DNA of 64,000 nucleotides from Anaeramoeba ignava BMAN (Eukaryota > Protista > Anaeramoebae): assembly GCA_028826165.1 (NCBI GenBank), contig JAPDFW010000136.1:806001-870000 (forward strand), written 5' to 3'. Of this stretch, positions 63,301-64,000 are shown piece by piece. A program made the translations under genes and the position numbers. How positions within the stretch are numbered: the first letter of the stretch is position 1; every line of letters starts with the position of its first letter. The notes under the pieces are model-generated. The model did no database searches. It saw only the letters and a program-made list of their open reading frames with translations, and was not told where the DNA came from.

Positions 63301-64000
63301 CCAATTTGGATATCTTGAACCATTTTTGACTCCCCATTGTACATTAAAACAGGCGTGTTTTCCGCTAGGCATTTCCCAGACCCATTCGGTCCCAGAAGAG
63401 CCAGAAGCTCGCCTTCATGAAGTGAAAGATACACAGAATCAACGGCGCGGAAATTATGGATTTTGGAATGAAGAAATGACTTGCGAAACTCTTTTGTCAA
63501 ATTTAGAATTTTAACAGTCGCGTTATTTTCTGTTTCATTGTTTGTAAGTGTTTTTTTCTCTTCAAGAACATCATCATCCATTGTGTTCTCATCATCCTCG
63601 TTTTCCAAATTCACTTTTTTGGAGGATTTTCTTTTTTTGGGTTTTCTTTTGCCAGTCCAATATGATTTCTGAAGGAAAAATAACGGATGTTGAGTGATCC
63701 CGTAATCAGTAGGTAAAACTTGGTCGAGATATAAAGCAAGAACAATATAAATCGCAAAATCAATGAGCATCCAATAATAGCATGTTGTCAATGGATAAAT
63801 TTGGCCGTTGCTTCGTTCCGACCAAGACATTCCAGGCATAGATTTCATTTTTGTTGCTGTGGCGAGTAATTGTACTCCTCGTGCAAATACTACTGGTGAT
63901 AGAAATGAAAAACCTGTTCGGTAGCTTTTATCGATTCCTGGCTCAAATATCACATTGTTCGTGATAGGGTTTAATATCGTAAACACAAAGAAAAATACAA
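60359..64000 (-). CDS. ABCA-subfamily ABC transporter, 3' part, intein-containing; exons >64000-61912, 61134-60733, 60660-60359
   Basis: TM segment WMLIDFAIYIVLALYLDQVLP.DYG...PLFFL. NBD: AVDSVYL..ELLALLGPNGSGK//STT, GVCPQHDILW..LT..E.L, signature FSGGMKRRLSLAIAL, Walker B CLFDECTTGLDP, H-loop LTTHSMEEADILSDRI, LHLKNKFGAGY, TTLEEVFLNI. The frame is open to the window edge. Confidence 0.93.
61135..61911. repeat. ABCA intron filled with (TATTTTGAATTGAATTAAA)n
   Basis: The GT-AG intron interrupts the H-loop codons (CAT T|CA ATG); 19-bp unit. Confidence 0.9.
62360..63371 (-). mobile_element. Intein (~337 aa) with a degenerate LAGLIDADG homing endonuclease, inserted in the ABCA Walker A motif
   Basis: Block A CLAENTPVLMYNG, block B VNSHHIL, EN-like AYQFGFSFGAF, RLSFLSGIFDSIG and ILFSIRSLGL, block F YYGFEISGNGRFLL, block G FTVTHN, +1 Ser. 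Excision restores GPNGSGKSTT. 1012 nt = 337 codons + 1 extra base near 62806-62810. Confidence 0.95.

Noticed and set aside
1-64000. tRNA, rRNA or transposase/reverse-transcriptase genes
   Set aside because: None recognised by eye. Short structured RNAs cannot be excluded without a covariance-model search.

Overview
Extremely AT-rich, intron-containing eukaryotic DNA, gene-dense but broken up by kilobase-scale simple repeats. The BTB/RCC1/TLDc family expansions, (NQ)n/(EN)n low-complexity tracts, Trichomonas-like TCATTTT motifs before start codons and an intein in a nuclear gene suggest an anaerobic metamonad amoeba of the Anaeramoeba type (inference). Left to right: a BTB-TLDc gene; a tandem array of RCC1-BTB-BTB genes with duplicated, variable CaaX-type tails; NAP1/NCKAP1; a hypothetical gene; RPS2; an NT5DC-like HAD nucleotidase; a kinase-less Bub1/Mad3-family gene; V-ATPase subunit H; an IQ-DH-PH-Kelch RhoGEF (minus strand); a 3 kb minisatellite; a DONSON-like gene; SF3A3; a hypothetical gene; a spliced 52-aa membrane microprotein; NNF1/PMF1-like; a minimal PB1-FW (NBR1-like) gene; a multi-pass membrane protein; and the 3' part of an ABCA transporter (minus strand). 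The top finding is a ~337-aa intein with a decayed LAGLIDADG endonuclease inserted inside the Walker A motif of the ABCA transporter (GPNGSGK / C...HN / STT). Many frameshifts fall in homopolymers and are probably consensus errors. All homology calls are from motif recognition by eye, with no database searches.
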